From the NCBI RefSeq assembly GCF_006345805.1, contig NC_043009.1, forward strand, positions 26,536,001-26,600,000: a DNA stretch of 64,000 nucleotides. The letters are read 5' to 3'. The translations under genes were made by a program, and so were the position numbers. The notes below the pieces were generated by a model that saw only the letters and a program-made list of their open reading frames with translations, ran no database searches and had not been told where the DNA came from. Origin of the DNA: Octopus sinensis (taxonomy: Eukaryota). This document shows, piece after piece, positions 38,070 through 50,998 of the stretch (positions within the stretch are counted from its first letter, which is position 1; the number at the start of each line of letters is the position of its first letter).

Positions 38070-38496
38070 CTTTTCTACTCTAGGTAGAAGGCCTGAAATT
38101 TCGGGTGAGCGGGGGCAGTCGATTAGATCGACCCCAGTACGCAGCTTATCGACCCCGAAAGGATGAAAGGCAAAGCCGATCTCGACGGAATTTCAACTCA
38201 GAACGTAAAGACAGACGAAATACCGCTTAGCATTTCGCCCGGCGTGCTAACGTTTCTGCCAGCTCACCGCCTTTAAATATTAATAATGGTTTTAAATTAA
38301 TTTTGGCACAAGAAGTTTCAGGGGTGGAGTAAGTCGCTTACATCGACCCCAGTACTCAACTGGTACTTGTTTTATCGATCACGAAAAGATGAAAGGTAAA
38401 GTCGACCCAGGTGGAATTTGAACTCAGAACGTAAAGACAGACGAAATACCGCTAAGCATTTCGCCCGGCGTGCTAACGTTTCTGCCAGCTCGCCGC
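38070..38496 (-). mobile_element. Two tandem family B SINEs
   Basis: Two heads ending ttctgccagctc.cc at ~38270 and ~38495. Confidence 0.88.
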
Positions 38497-38543
38497 ATTT
38501 AGGTATTAATAATGGTTTTAAATTATCATCATCATCATCATCA

Positions 38544-38608
<65 letters not shown>

Positions 38609-38618
38609 GTTATTATTA

Positions 38619-38661
<43 letters not shown>

Positions 38662-38714
38662 CATTATTATTATTATCATTATTAGTATTATTGTTGTTGT
38701 TGTCATTGTTGTTG

Positions 38715-38778
<64 letters not shown>

Positions 38779-39321
38779 CGAGTGAGAGAGCAGGGCATAC
38801 CATCAGTAAAATATAAAGTCCAGTATACCCATCATGACTACCTGTCTGATAAGGTTACACTAGGTGCATGCATCTCAACCATGTGTGTGCGACTTGGTGG
38901 TCTCATATCAAAATATACAGTACATGACCTTGCAGGTGGGGTCAATTAGAATTTTCTTCGTGTTGAGTAGCCTATCCCACTCAAAAGGTCTCTGAATAAG
39001 GATTGTCTAAGGATGATGAGCTAAACACCCATGTTTCCAAAGTTGAATTTTTCAAACCCCAAAGAATTTTTCTCAACACATGGCTATAATGATCCCCCAC
39101 TTCTTCTGCTCGTGATCAGAGATGCACATATCGTCAGCAGCTAAGGAACATACTCAAGTGGTTATGGTCAAACAACTGACAAGAAAATCTGTGGTATTGA
39201 GCAGAATATTTGTTGTAGCCCATCTTTTGTACCAAGACAAAACATTGTCCATGATAAGACTTTCAAATCAGTTAACATTAGAAACCATGAGAGGCAGTGC
39301 TTAGTAGCGCATCAGAGCATT
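38779..39321. mobile_element. ~540-bp non-coding insert embedded in (TTA)n; possible non-autonomous partner of the Dong-like LINE
   Basis: Complex sequence with sharp boundaries and (TTA)n on both sides; no ORF recognised. Confidence 0.4.
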
Positions 39322-39502
39322 TATTATTATTATAATTATTATTAATGTTGTTGTTGTTGTTGCTGCTGCTGCTGTTGCTGCTGTTGTTGTTGTTGTTTTT
39401 TCTTCTTCTTCTTCTTCTTCTTCTCTCTCTTCTTCTTCTTTTCTTCTTCTTCTCTTCTTCTTCTTCTTCGTCTCTTCTTCTCTCTGTCTTCTTTTATTAT
39501 TA

Positions 39503-39534
<32 letters not shown>

Positions 39535-39561
39535 TTATTATTATTACTATCATTATTATTA

Positions 39562-39780
39562 AGGCGGCGAGCTGGCAGAAGTGTTAGAACGCCGGGCGAA
39601 ATGCTTAGCGGTATTTCGTCTGTCTTTACGTTCTGAGTTCAAATTTCACCGAGGTCGACTTTACCTTTCGTCTTTTTGGGATCGATAAATTAAATACCAG
39701 TGAAATACCAGTTGATGTAATCGACTACTCCCCTCCCCCAAAATTTCAGGCCTTGTGCCTATAGTAGGAAAGATTATTAA
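39562..39780 (+). mobile_element. SINE family B
   Basis: ggcggcgagctggcagaagtgttag..gaggtcgactttacctttc..aaaatttcaggccttgtgcc. Confidence 0.88.
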
Positions 39781-40442
39781 ATTTTAGTAGGAGTAGTAGT
39801 ACCACCACCACCACCACCACTTCGTATTTTATCGTATATTTTATTTTGTTATTATTAGTATTTTCTTGTTTTTGGCTGATTGTTTTATTTTGTTTCTTTT
39901 TCTATGAGTTTTCTTTTTGATTTGTTTTTATTTTCCCAGGGATTTCCAATATTTTTCTTTGATTCTATGGGTTTAGTTAGAAATAGAAAGCCTGAAGCAA
40001 TGGCACCAAGGAACGTCTTTTACCAAACGGAAGTCGAGGAGCAGGTTGTGCACTTTTCATAGCATCTGCAGTTCCTGGCATTGCAGCAGCTGCACATCTA
40101 AGGAAACCGAAATGTGCATCACTGCCCCTGTTAGCCTATTTTCCCCCATAAAGGGCTCCTTAAGTATTGCTGTCTAGATTTCTATGCAAATGTGTATGTG
40201 TTTGTATGTGTACTTGTGTGTGTATGTGTACTTGTGTATATATATATATATATACATGTGTGTGTGTGTGTGTGTGTATGCTTGCATATATAGCTAAAAG
40301 TATATTGGTATTTACGCTCTGTGTGTGCTCGTGTGTTTATGTATGCACGTATGTATGTATGTATGTATGTATGTATATATGTATTGTATGCATGTATGTA
40401 CATATACATATATGTATAAACGTATAGGTGTGTATATACTTA

Positions 40443-40491
<49 letters not shown>

Positions 40492-42207
40492 TTATACTTT
40501 ATATATGTTATAGATATATAACACACACATAATCCATGCATATATGCATACATACATACATTCATACATGCATACATACATACATACATGCATGCATACA
40601 TGCATACACGCATGCATCTAAATGACATCGAAAAAGAAGAGATACACGTAAACTGTTTGAAGAATAACAGACATTTTTACATATTGCTTTTTCAAAACAT
40701 GAAGGAAAAAAATGTATAGAAAGAGATAGAAATATAAGAAGACAAATATAAAAGAATAAAAAAAACACGAGAATTGCTGGAGGAAAAAGAGAAAGAAATA
40801 AAATTTAAAACAAAAATTAGGAATGAAAAATAAAATTTAAAAAATTAGAGTGTCATACGATATTTGTTTTTATTTATTTCTCATCTTTTTAATTCCATGT
40901 TTCATTCTTACAGTTTTTTTTGTTTTTGTTTTCTTTTTTTTCTTTTTTTTCTTTTTTTGTTTTATGTTTCTTTCTCTTTTTCCTTAAGCAATTTTCCTTC
41001 TTATCTTCTTCATATGTCTTCTAATGTTTCGTTTCTCTCTTCTATCCGCCATTTTTTCTTCATTTATTCATAAACAAATTTCTGTCATTTTTCTAACAGT
41101 TTTTCTCCATGTTTTTCTCTTTTCTTTTTCGATCTTTTCAAAAATTTCCCCTACGTTCATTTTCTTTCTCTTCTAAAACAAACCACCTTTCATTCTTTCC
41201 AAAATTCTTTCAGTCTTTCATTTTATCCCTTTCAACTACTTCTTAATTCTTAATTTCCAATTTATTTTCATTCTTTCATTCCTTTCTTTCACCTGCTTAT
41301 CTTCTTTGTTGATTTATTTCATTACTCCATTGTCTTAATCAACCTTTCCAATCGTTTTATTTTTTCTTTCATTTCATTCCTTTCGTTTTATTTTTTCGTT
41401 CATTTCGTTCTGTTCAGGTTTTGTTATTTTCTGTTTTTACTTAATAAATTCCATTTTCTTTCTGTATTTCATTCTGAATTTCTTTCTTGATTTATTATTT
41501 CTTATATTTCGTTCACCCTGACATCCGTACAGCTTTCATTCATTTATTGAATATAATTATACTATATATTTTCATTATTCTTTAATATTTTCCTCTCAAT
41601 ATTTCCTCTATATTACCTTGGGTACTACTTCTTATTTTTCTTTTATTTAATATACTTTTACAAATATTTTATCCGCCTATCATTCCACATTTTAACTAGC
41701 TATCATTCTACCATTTATTTTCCTATCATTCCATATTTTATCTTGCCATTACTCCGTCGTTTATCTTTCTATCATACTATAGTAAGATTGACGGTGTATT
41801 TTACTGTCATTCCATCTTTCATCTTCGTTCATTTCGTAATTTATTGAACATTCATTCCATATACTTTGCTATCATTTTATATTTTATCCTGTTATCCTTC
41901 AATCGTCTATTATGCTATATTTATCGTTTCGCTATCATTCCCACTTCAGTTCCATTCATGTTATCTTTCTCGTGTTACAATCAATCATTCCATATTTATC
42001 TTTCTTTTTATGCTATCATTCCATCTCATCTTTTATCCAGTTATTATCAATTCATCTATATTTTTTATTTAGTTATTCATTCCATATTTTTACTTTTTAT
42101 CATTCTATATTTTTCCTGTTATTGAGCCCCCGTTTATCATTCATTTTTTTTAAATCAAAAACCAAATTCTTGTTGAATATTTATGATTATTTTCCTTCTA
42201 TTTTATA

Positions 42208-42778
42208 CAGTAATACCTAATTTTACAAGGACCTGTTTTACGACACCCCGGGTTAACGAGAATTATTTTTGAAGATCAAGATCCAAATTTTTTGAACAAA
42301 ATGCAAAAGTTTCTACCATAACAAATGCTTCTGTGTTACCGAGAAATCTATAGAGAACGAAAGAAAGCTTCTTCTAACCAAACAACTCTAGACTTGCTTT
42401 TTTAAAAAGAAATCTACAAGTCCGTCTACGAGTGCTTGTGAATCGGCAATCGCGTCTACAAGTGATGTGTGCGAGTTTAATGCGAATAAAAGTGATCCAG
42501 AAAGCGATTATAATAATAGTATTTTTTCTTATAAATGATCTTGACATTCTTTTTATTTTGAATGAAATACCCTTTACATTTTACTGTTGTTTCATCGCAA
42601 TTTATTTACAAGTATTAAAAATTTTATAGGTAAAATATTTTTCTGGAAACGAATTACGAATGTATAACATTGCTACTATGGGAAGTTATTGTTCTGCTTT
42701 ACGAGTTTTAACTTTGCGAGTTTTCGTTTGACGCGCTGCCTCCGTGTACAAATGAATTGGTATATCGTGGTATTATTG
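42208..42778 (+). mobile_element. Tigger/pogo deletion derivative retaining the transposase C-terminus
   Basis: TA|CAGTAATACC ... GGTATTATTG|TA; FEDQDPNF..CYREIYRERKKASSNQTTLDL resembles the Tigger C-terminal PIP-box-like motif. Confidence 0.78.
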
Positions 42779-43159
42779 TATTTCATTTTAGCATCTTTTT
42801 CTACGCCATTCCACCATTAAAAAAAATTATTTAATACATTATTACTTTCAATATTTTTAAAAATCTTTTCTTCTGCGTTGTATTTGCTCCAGTAACTTTA
42901 TTGGACTCTTTTGTTTTTTGTTTTGTCGGAAACAAAATGACACCAGTTCTCAAGTGGTTGTCACAAAGATACACAAACACGCATGTACACATACACACGC
43001 ACATACACACACACACGCGTACACATGCTTACATACATACGCACTTACATGCATACATGCATACATATACATACACACACATATATATATATATACATAC
43101 ATATACATACACACACACACAAACACACACACACACACACACACATATATGTATATATA

Positions 43160-44059
43160 TAATACAAAACTGGGGCAACAACACATCCAGACAGACGACA
43201 CAAAGAAAACAGTCGAGTTCCAGATTATCTTTGCAATTTCGGCTGGTTATACTTGAGATTGCTCCAATCTGACCAGCCCCAAGGAAAATCTAAGCTAAGA
43301 GCGTTAGATTCCTTGGAAGAAAGCAGCGAAAGTATACGAAAACAAGGACGGAAAAAAACGGAGAAATGTTACACAAATACAAAGAACAGGACATAACAAC
43401 AGGTGTATTTCGACTAAGGACGAATTAAATTAAGCTGACATGTGTGGAAGTAAAGCCTTACGGCAGGGACATAACATTTGATAGGTACAGGGAGGAATAT
43501 AGATGTTGCATGGATGGTAGTCAAACCAAGACGAACACCGGCCACGTGGAGAGAGAAGAGAGAGCGGTAGAGACAGAGGGATAGACGAATTAAGGAGGGG
43601 CGAGAAAAAATGAAAGGGACACAGTGAAGTGAAAGAGGAGGGAAAGTGAGCACGAAGAGAAGGCCAGGAAATATGAGAGAGGGGGAACGAAAGAACGAAG
43701 AGTGGAATCAACGAAGTAAGTGTGAAGGGGCTGATAGAAAGAAGGAAAGAATGAAAGAATAGAAAGAATAATAGAGTCGTACAAAATTTAGATATATTTA
43801 TATATAAGAGACCAAAGTGTACGTACACCGCTATATTTTATATATATAAAAAATACAAAAATGGGACAAGAACGCAAAACATCCAGACAGCTAGATGATA
43901 CAAAAAAAGGGACAGCAAAACATCCAGACAGACGATGCGAAGAAAACAATGATGGGTCATTCGGAGTTTATCAGCCCTTTCACGTTTACTTCGTTCATTC
44001 CACTCTTCGTTCTTTCGCTCTCCTTCTCTCAAATTTCCTGGCCTTCTCTTCATTCACTT
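43160..44059. mobile_element. Penelope-like non-autonomous element with partial tandem and inverted copies
   Basis: Family shared with 35990-36262; the start is repeated at ~43850; 43644-43736 is inverted at 43969-44059. Confidence 0.55.
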
Positions 44060-44812
44060 GGAATGGATAACCCAACATTTGTAAGTGGGGTGCCAGGATA
44101 GTTGAAATCAGCTTGCCTCGAACGTCTAATATTCCCATTAAGCTGTGCAAACAGAGGCATTTGGGACAATGTACAGGCGTTTAATTTCTGAACTTCACGA
44201 GCGATAATTGAACGAGGAGCATCACGAGATGAAATAGACTTTACTTTAATATTTAAAACTATTATCTTTGCATTTACCTCAACAGCAGTTGAAGTGTGAT
44301 TATGGATCCCAATCTTCTTAAGCTCTTTATAATTTTCATCTGCATGAAGTCTCGCCTTCCACAAACGATTTTCGCACCTCCAGTATATCTTCAATCCATC
44401 TGCATACTGCTTTTTTTTTTTGTGTATATATAATTTCCTTGATCGATCACTTTTATTTTTCCTTTCTCTGAAGTTATGATTTTGCAGGTAGTCATGTTGA
44501 TGGATTGGCGTATTGAATAAATTTAATTCGATTTGCTTGAAAGTCGTTGTTCGTAAACTCTTCGGGGCAGATACTTAAGAGAGAGATAGAGAGAGAGGTG
44601 GAGAGGGAGGTTTAAAAAATGAGAAAAAATATAACGGCGATTTTAATTATTAAGTGATTGTTCTAAGCTTTCCCACAAAAATTACATTTAAGAGTATTTT
44701 GGGACGAATTGGCCAGCGACGAATTGACCTGGGGATGAATTGGTCAACGAAGAATTGACCGGGGACAAATTAACTGACGACGAATTAGGTGGGGACGAAT
44801 TGTCCTAGCACC
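44060..44812 (-). mobile_element. Mutator-like (MULE) transposon 5' end with FLYWCH transposase N-terminus
   Basis: ATG at 44495: MTTCKIITSEKGKIKVIDQGNYIY (frameshift in A-run) ..KIYWRCENRLWKARLH..HNH; terminal array of ~15-bp GACGAATTG units at 44701-44812. Confidence 0.82.
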
Positions 44813-44961
44813 GTTTGAGTTTACCAGCAAGTGGTTAAAGGATTCAATACTGATTACGCAAACATGAATGTAACACATAGACATGCACACATGTCCGCTT
44901 ATTTATGCATATATATGTGTGTGTATATGTGTGTGTGTATATCTGTATGTATGTATGTATG

Positions 44962-45024
<63 letters not shown>

Positions 45025-45031
45025 CATATAT

Positions 45032-45183
45032 ACGACGGGCTTCTTTCAGTTTCCGTCTACCAAATCCACTCACAAGGTTTTGGTCGGCCCGATGCTATAG
45101 TAGAAGACACTTGCAAGGTGCCACGCAGTGGGACTGAACCCAGAACCATGTGGTTGGTAAGCAAGCTATTACACACAGCCACT
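45032..45183 (-). mobile_element. SINE family A 5' half
   Basis: acgacgggcttctttcagtttccgtctaccaaatccactcacaagg..acacagcc. Confidence 0.85.
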
Positions 45184-45244
45184 ATATTTGTCTGCGCGCA
45201 TATATGTTCATACATACATATATAATATAATATATATGTATATA

Positions 45245-45275
<31 letters not shown>

Positions 45276-45281
45276 ATTATA

Positions 45282-45313
<32 letters not shown>

Positions 45314-45356
45314 GTATATATATATATATATATAATATATATAATATATATATATA

Positions 45357-45411
<55 letters not shown>

Positions 45412-45444
45412 TATATACATACATATGTAGCTACGTATATAATC

Positions 45445-45635
45445 CTTTATACAATAGGCATAAGGCCTGAAATCTTGAGGGATGAGGCCAGTCGATTACA
45501 TGACCCCAGTGCGCAACTGGTTCTTAATTTATCGACCTCGAAAGGATGAAAGGCAAAGTCGACCCCGCCGGAATTTGAACTCAGAGCGTAGCGACGGGCG
45601 AAATACCGCTAAGCATCTCGTCCAGCGCACCGCCT
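45445..45635 (-). mobile_element. SINE family B
   Basis: gaaaggatgaaaggcaaagtcgacc..gaaataccgctaagcat. Confidence 0.85.
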
Positions 45636-45649
45636 TCTAGTTTCATACA

Positions 45650-45749
45650 NNNNNNNNNNNNNNNNNNNNNNNNNNNNNNNNNNNNNNNNNNNNNNNNNNN
45701 NNNNNNNNNNNNNNNNNNNNNNNNNNNNNNNNNNNNNNNNNNNNNNNNN
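45650..45749. other. Assembly gap (100 N)
   Basis: Run of n. Confidence 1.
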
Positions 45750-46379
45750 CAGGTATGTATGTATGTCTATTCTCAAGATACAAAACATATCGCGTTTGTA
45801 CCGTAGTGGATGTACACCATCCGAAGCGTTGCTATAGAAACGACATGAAAATGTTTCATATATGTAAAAAATAAAAGGATGATTAAGAACCGAATATTTA
45901 AATTTATACAAAGGTATCATGCCACGAATCCGATACACTGTATTCGACACAAAGCAAATAACAGCTTTGTCGATGTCCCTTCTTCAGCGAGTTTGAGAGA
46001 AATACGGTAAATGTTTCTCACCTTTCCTGTATCAGAACTCTAATGCACAAATAAGATGGAGGTGTTATTTTCGTTGATTACAAAATTTCAAAGCAATATT
46101 AGATATTAAACTCAACAGATTTCTTTTCTGATACAAAACCCAGCCAATAGTGAACATTGTACAGAAGCTCACAAAAGAAAATTCATAAACAAAACCAAAA
46201 CAAAACAAACAATTGAGTATTCGAACTGAAGTGTGCGTAAACATATGTCTGGTGTTTGTAGTATACTGTGTATGCGTGTGTGCCTCTCTGTGTATATATA
46301 TATATACATGAAGGTGTGGGTGTGTGCTGTAGTTATAGATGGGTAGGGAGGAACATGGCGGTTCATTTTGTGTGTATTT

Positions 46380-46440
<61 letters not shown>

Positions 46441-46572
46441 TTATATTCTTTCAAATATAATTTTCTTTAATTTGGTGCCTTTTTTTTCTCAAGAACAACA
46501 GTATGGCAGCATGTTTGATGTTTTAGACATCAAAAGTGTCACAGAAACAATTTATTTATTGATTTATTTAAG

Positions 46573-46616
<44 letters not shown>

Positions 46617-47283
46617 GTTGTTATTATTATTATTGTAGTTCTTGTTATTATTTTTATTATTTTATTCTTGTTTTCTTCTCGTCTTTACATAATCATGTTT
46701 CGGAATAGCTATTAACGAATCAAAATATCTTAGAATAACGGAATTGCTGAATCTTAGAATTATAGAATTGGTTATCGCATTCTGATAATAAGAGTCTTTG
46801 ACTATTGAAAACATCAGCAACAACAACAAAAGCATAATGACAAAAGTGAAATGAAATCAGATCAAAGAACGAGACAAACAAAAGGTAAATCCAGTCATCA
46901 TTGGACACCCACTCCCCACCCCGCTGCGACTTGTTCCCCCTCCCCTTCTGATTTCATTCCTTTCAACTTTTATTTTTGTGTTTTTTTTTTCGTGAATGCA
47001 AACATCGGCAATTTTGACAGGACATGAAAACAAGAATGCACCACCACCACCACACCACCACCGCCACCGCCACCACCACCACCGCCACCACCGCCACCGC
47101 CGCCATCATCATCAACATCGCCTCCCTAATATCTGCATGAAACCATCACCATCACATTAAAATTAGTTTAACTACCAACATCCATACCCTCCACCATTGG
47201 CATCACCATCTAAAACGCCATCATCGCGCATGATCTATCTATCTATGATTTTTTATACCCACACGCATATATATATATATATT

Positions 47284-47315
<32 letters not shown>

Positions 47316-47545
47316 ATATATATATATGCACGTATATCTCTCTATCTCTCTATCTGTCTATAACGCAAATCTTTCAGGTGCAGCCGATATACGAAGTTCT
47401 AAGTCTTATCGTCAAAAGCACGAAAAAGAGTATTAGCATTTTCGGTCGATAACTGATGAAGAATTAGGGTTCTTCTGTGCCTGTCCTACGTGTACGTTTT
47501 GTAGTATTTAATGCATTTTCATATATATATATATATGTATGTATA

Positions 47546-48250
47546 CAGGGTGCGATGAATAAACTGTGTTCTAAATTACGCAAAAATCAAAAAATAACAT
47601 TGACATCTCATTGAAACAGATATATTTACCAAAATTACAGAAAAATATCTTGAAATACTAAAGAGTAAATTTATTCAATAAAATCGCCATTTGCTTCAAC
47701 TACGGCCTCCAGACGACTTCTCAATCTTCTGCAACTCTCCTGTACGGTCTCCTTATTTAAGTTGGTGAATGCTGCTATAATCCTTGCTTTCAGTTCATAT
47801 TTGCAGTTATAAAGAGTTTTGTTGGTCTCTCACTGAATGCACCTCACACATCAAGGGGTTTGCAGTGTTAGGTGGCCAGATGTTGGGGCTGATGTGATCG
47901 CAAAGATTTTCTGACAGCCATTACTGTGTCTTCCTGCTTGCGTGGCATGGTGCAGAGTCCTGTTGCCAGACAGGGGAGCATCCAGCAGCCATCCTCTTCA
48001 CCCAGGATAGCACTACCTCCTCCAGGCACTTGATGTAGGGCTCCGTGTTGAGTTTGAGGTCGTGTGTAAAGATGAACGTCACCACCACTAGTGATCACTC
48101 CAAACACCATGATGTTGACTGGATGTTTGATTTTTATCACTCTCGGTACATGTCCTTAGATTACACTGTACTGAGATTGATACGCAAACACTCTGAAATG
48201 TTCGTACTGGAGCTTCCGGCGTGAATGCCAAGCAGTGCAGAGTTTCCTGG
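47546..48250 (-). mobile_element. Tc1/mariner-superfamily (maT/DD37D-like) transposon remnant
   Basis: TA|CAGGGTG terminus; KHPVNIMVFGVITS, WQQDSAPCHASRKTQ, IWPPN..NPL, RSRLEAVVEANGDFIE* with stops and frameshifts; internal deletion near 48155. Confidence 0.85.
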
Positions 48251-48329
48251 TCTCTTGACATTGAACTGAAGGCTCACTAAATACATTTTAGTACAGTACA
48301 TATTCATTAATTTCTACAAGATAAAGACG

Positions 48330-48376
48330 GACCGTGACTGCGTAGTTTCGGTTTATCAACCGTCATCAGACTGATC
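48330..48376 (-). ncRNA. Minimal type I hammerhead ribozyme motif
   Basis: gauc-a-gu CUGAUGA c gguu[gaua]aacc GAAA cu[acgc]ag UC ac-gguc; GUC cleavage triplet; all three stems can pair. Confidence 0.72.
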
Positions 48377-48789
48377 TTAGTTGATCATGGAGTGTAAGTG
48401 TAAACTTTGACGTCACTGTCAATGTGTTCCATGTAAAAATTAGTAGCGTAGTATAGTGACTATACTACACCCTTCCCTTATTTAAGATGTTAGATATCAT
48501 CAGGTTGATATCTCTAGCAGAGCATGCAAACGCATCGGGTTGTAATCGTTATTATTTTTTTCTTTCGGATGTGTTTTTCCTCTTTACTGTTGGTGTTGTT
48601 GTTAAAGTTGCTGTTGATATTTCTGTTGCTGCTACGGCTACAGTATTAGTATTAGTAGTAGTAGTAGTAGTAGTCGTAGTAGTAGTAGTAGCAGCAGCAG
48701 TAATAGTAGTAGTAGTAGTAGTAGTAGTGTAGTAGCAACAACAACAGCAGCAGTTGTGGTAGTAGTAGTAGTAGCAGAAACAGCAGTAA

Positions 48790-48822
<33 letters not shown>

Positions 48823-48842
48823 CAACAACAACAGCAGCAGTT

Positions 48843-48876
<34 letters not shown>

Positions 48877-49944
48877 CAGCAGCAGCAGCAGTCATTGTTG
48901 TTGTTATTGTTTACTGCTGTTGCGCCGCTTCCGCTTTCCAGGTTAGTTTACTTGCTATGTTGTTATTGTTGCTGTTCTTGTTCTTGTTGTTATTACTGTT
49001 GCTGCTGCTGTTGTTGTTACAGTTTATGTTGCCGATGTTATTGCCGGCGTGGCTGTTGTTGTTGTTGTAGTTATATCAATATTTTTTCCTTCTCCTTCAC
49101 CTTTTAAACCGTAAAAGCTTTGTTATGCTCTGTTTAAAGTAACCTCGACAATAACAGTAAACGCTAATGTCACGTGGTCGTGCCAGAGTATTTTCCGGAC
49201 TTCATTTACACAAGATTTCTTTATGAAGTCGTTAAAATTGCAATCACATCAGTGATTATTTGACCAAAAGACAAAAGGTAGAGACCAGCCACAAACCGCT
49301 TTACAATATAACCTCACAAATAACCAACGGATGAACAATCGACCGAGGAAACCGGCAATAACAGACATGTCTTTTATATTTTTCACCTCAACCACTGCCG
49401 CCATCTTTTTGTCCTATTTCTCTTTCTCTCCTTCCTCTTTCATTTTGGTAATGCTGTTGTTCTTGTTCTTCCTTTTCGTCTTTGCCTTTATATTATTATT
49501 TCATCAATATTCTGAGCCCCCACCTCCTACCACCACCGCAACTCAAAATCCCCGCTGACACCACCACCACCACCACCACCACCACCACCGCAACTCAAAT
49601 CACCGCTGCCACCACCACCACAGCCGTCGACACCACTGCGGTCGCCGCGCCAGCGCAGTTGTCACCACCACCACCACCACCCATGCTGAACACACTTTCT
49701 TACACTTCCGTCTTTTCCACCTCGTCCTACACCTTTCCTTTCAGTCCCTCCATCAGTATCATTTCTCCCTCTCTGTAATAAATACGCATACGTTAAGCTA
49801 ATGCATACATACATAAAACTATGTGAGTGTATGTGTGTGTGTTTGTATGCATATGCGTTATATTTCTATTCACGTGTATATCTTTTATTTATAAAATGTT
49901 TCATTTGTCAACATAAGGGGCAAATAGTTTCTTTCCATATATAA

Positions 49945-50525
49945 AAATTGGAAAACAAGAGAAGTAATATAAAGAATACAAAGAACGACCCTTCATCAGT
50001 TGTTGGCTGTCTATCTACCCCCCCCATTTCGATCAATCAACGACAATATGAGTCTTCGAAAACAGTTGCTCCCATAAATACCAAAATACAATTTTGGATT
50101 TGTGGAGGCTCAAAGTTAGGAACAAAAACAGGACAGTGTAGACGTACAGAGAAAACGAACGAAAACAAACATGGAGCGTCGTTAGACACGAATGAGGGGA
50201 AAATAGTAAACGCTGAGAGAAATATTTTCTTTGAAAAGGGAAAGGATAGAAGAGAGAGATAGGAGACGTCCAGTCTTTAGAACGTCCGCGCAGGAAAGGT
50301 GGTCACGTGAAGAAAAGAAAGATGGACAATGGTCACGTGTGAACAACGAGAGAGAGAGAGGAGAAAACAAAAGGGAAAGAGAGACAGACAGATAGAAAAC
50401 GGTGAAAGAGAGAAAAAGGGAATTAGAGAGAGTGGGGAGAAAACAGTATAGAGTAGAGTCGCATCAAAAAGGTGAAGATAAATTTACTTGGAAATGGATG
50501 CGCGGCGTTCAATTGAATAATAATA

Positions 50526-50615
<90 letters not shown>

Positions 50616-50998
50616 ATTTACAAAACGAAGACGGGTTGTGTAAACAACAAACATATGTATAGTTTATATATATATATATGCGTATATGGGTACAGGACGT
50701 TACCGACAGTAAACAACATGAAATGCAAAAACAAATGATTTAAATACGCAAATAATGAGACAAAAATGGAAAACAAGAGAAATAATATAAAGAATGCAAA
50801 GAATGACCCTTCATCAGTTGTCGGCTGTCTATCTACTCCCTATATCGAGCATGTACACAACTGACAACTGATGAAGGGTCATTCTTTGTATCTTTGCATT
50901 ACGTATCTTCTTTTCATTTTTTTCTCCCGCTACTTGCGTATTTAACTCATTTGTTTTTGTATTTCATGTTGTTTACTGTTGCTGACGTCCTGTACCCA
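49945..50998. mobile_element. Second Penelope-like repeat family with tandem and tail-to-tail inverted copies
   Basis: 49945-50030 recurs at ~50765-50850; 50687-50822 is inverted at 50863-50998; 50481-50520 matches 601-640 and partly ~23362-23390. Confidence 0.55.

Noticed and set aside
40860-42200. 1.3-kb T-rich strand-asymmetric tract with recurring tatcattcc
   Set aside because: Looks like a decayed simple or minisatellite repeat; no definable unit, structure or coding signal.
45958-45992. CUGAAGAagggacaucGACAaagcugu motif on the minus strand
   Set aside because: No stem II and a broken GAAA box.
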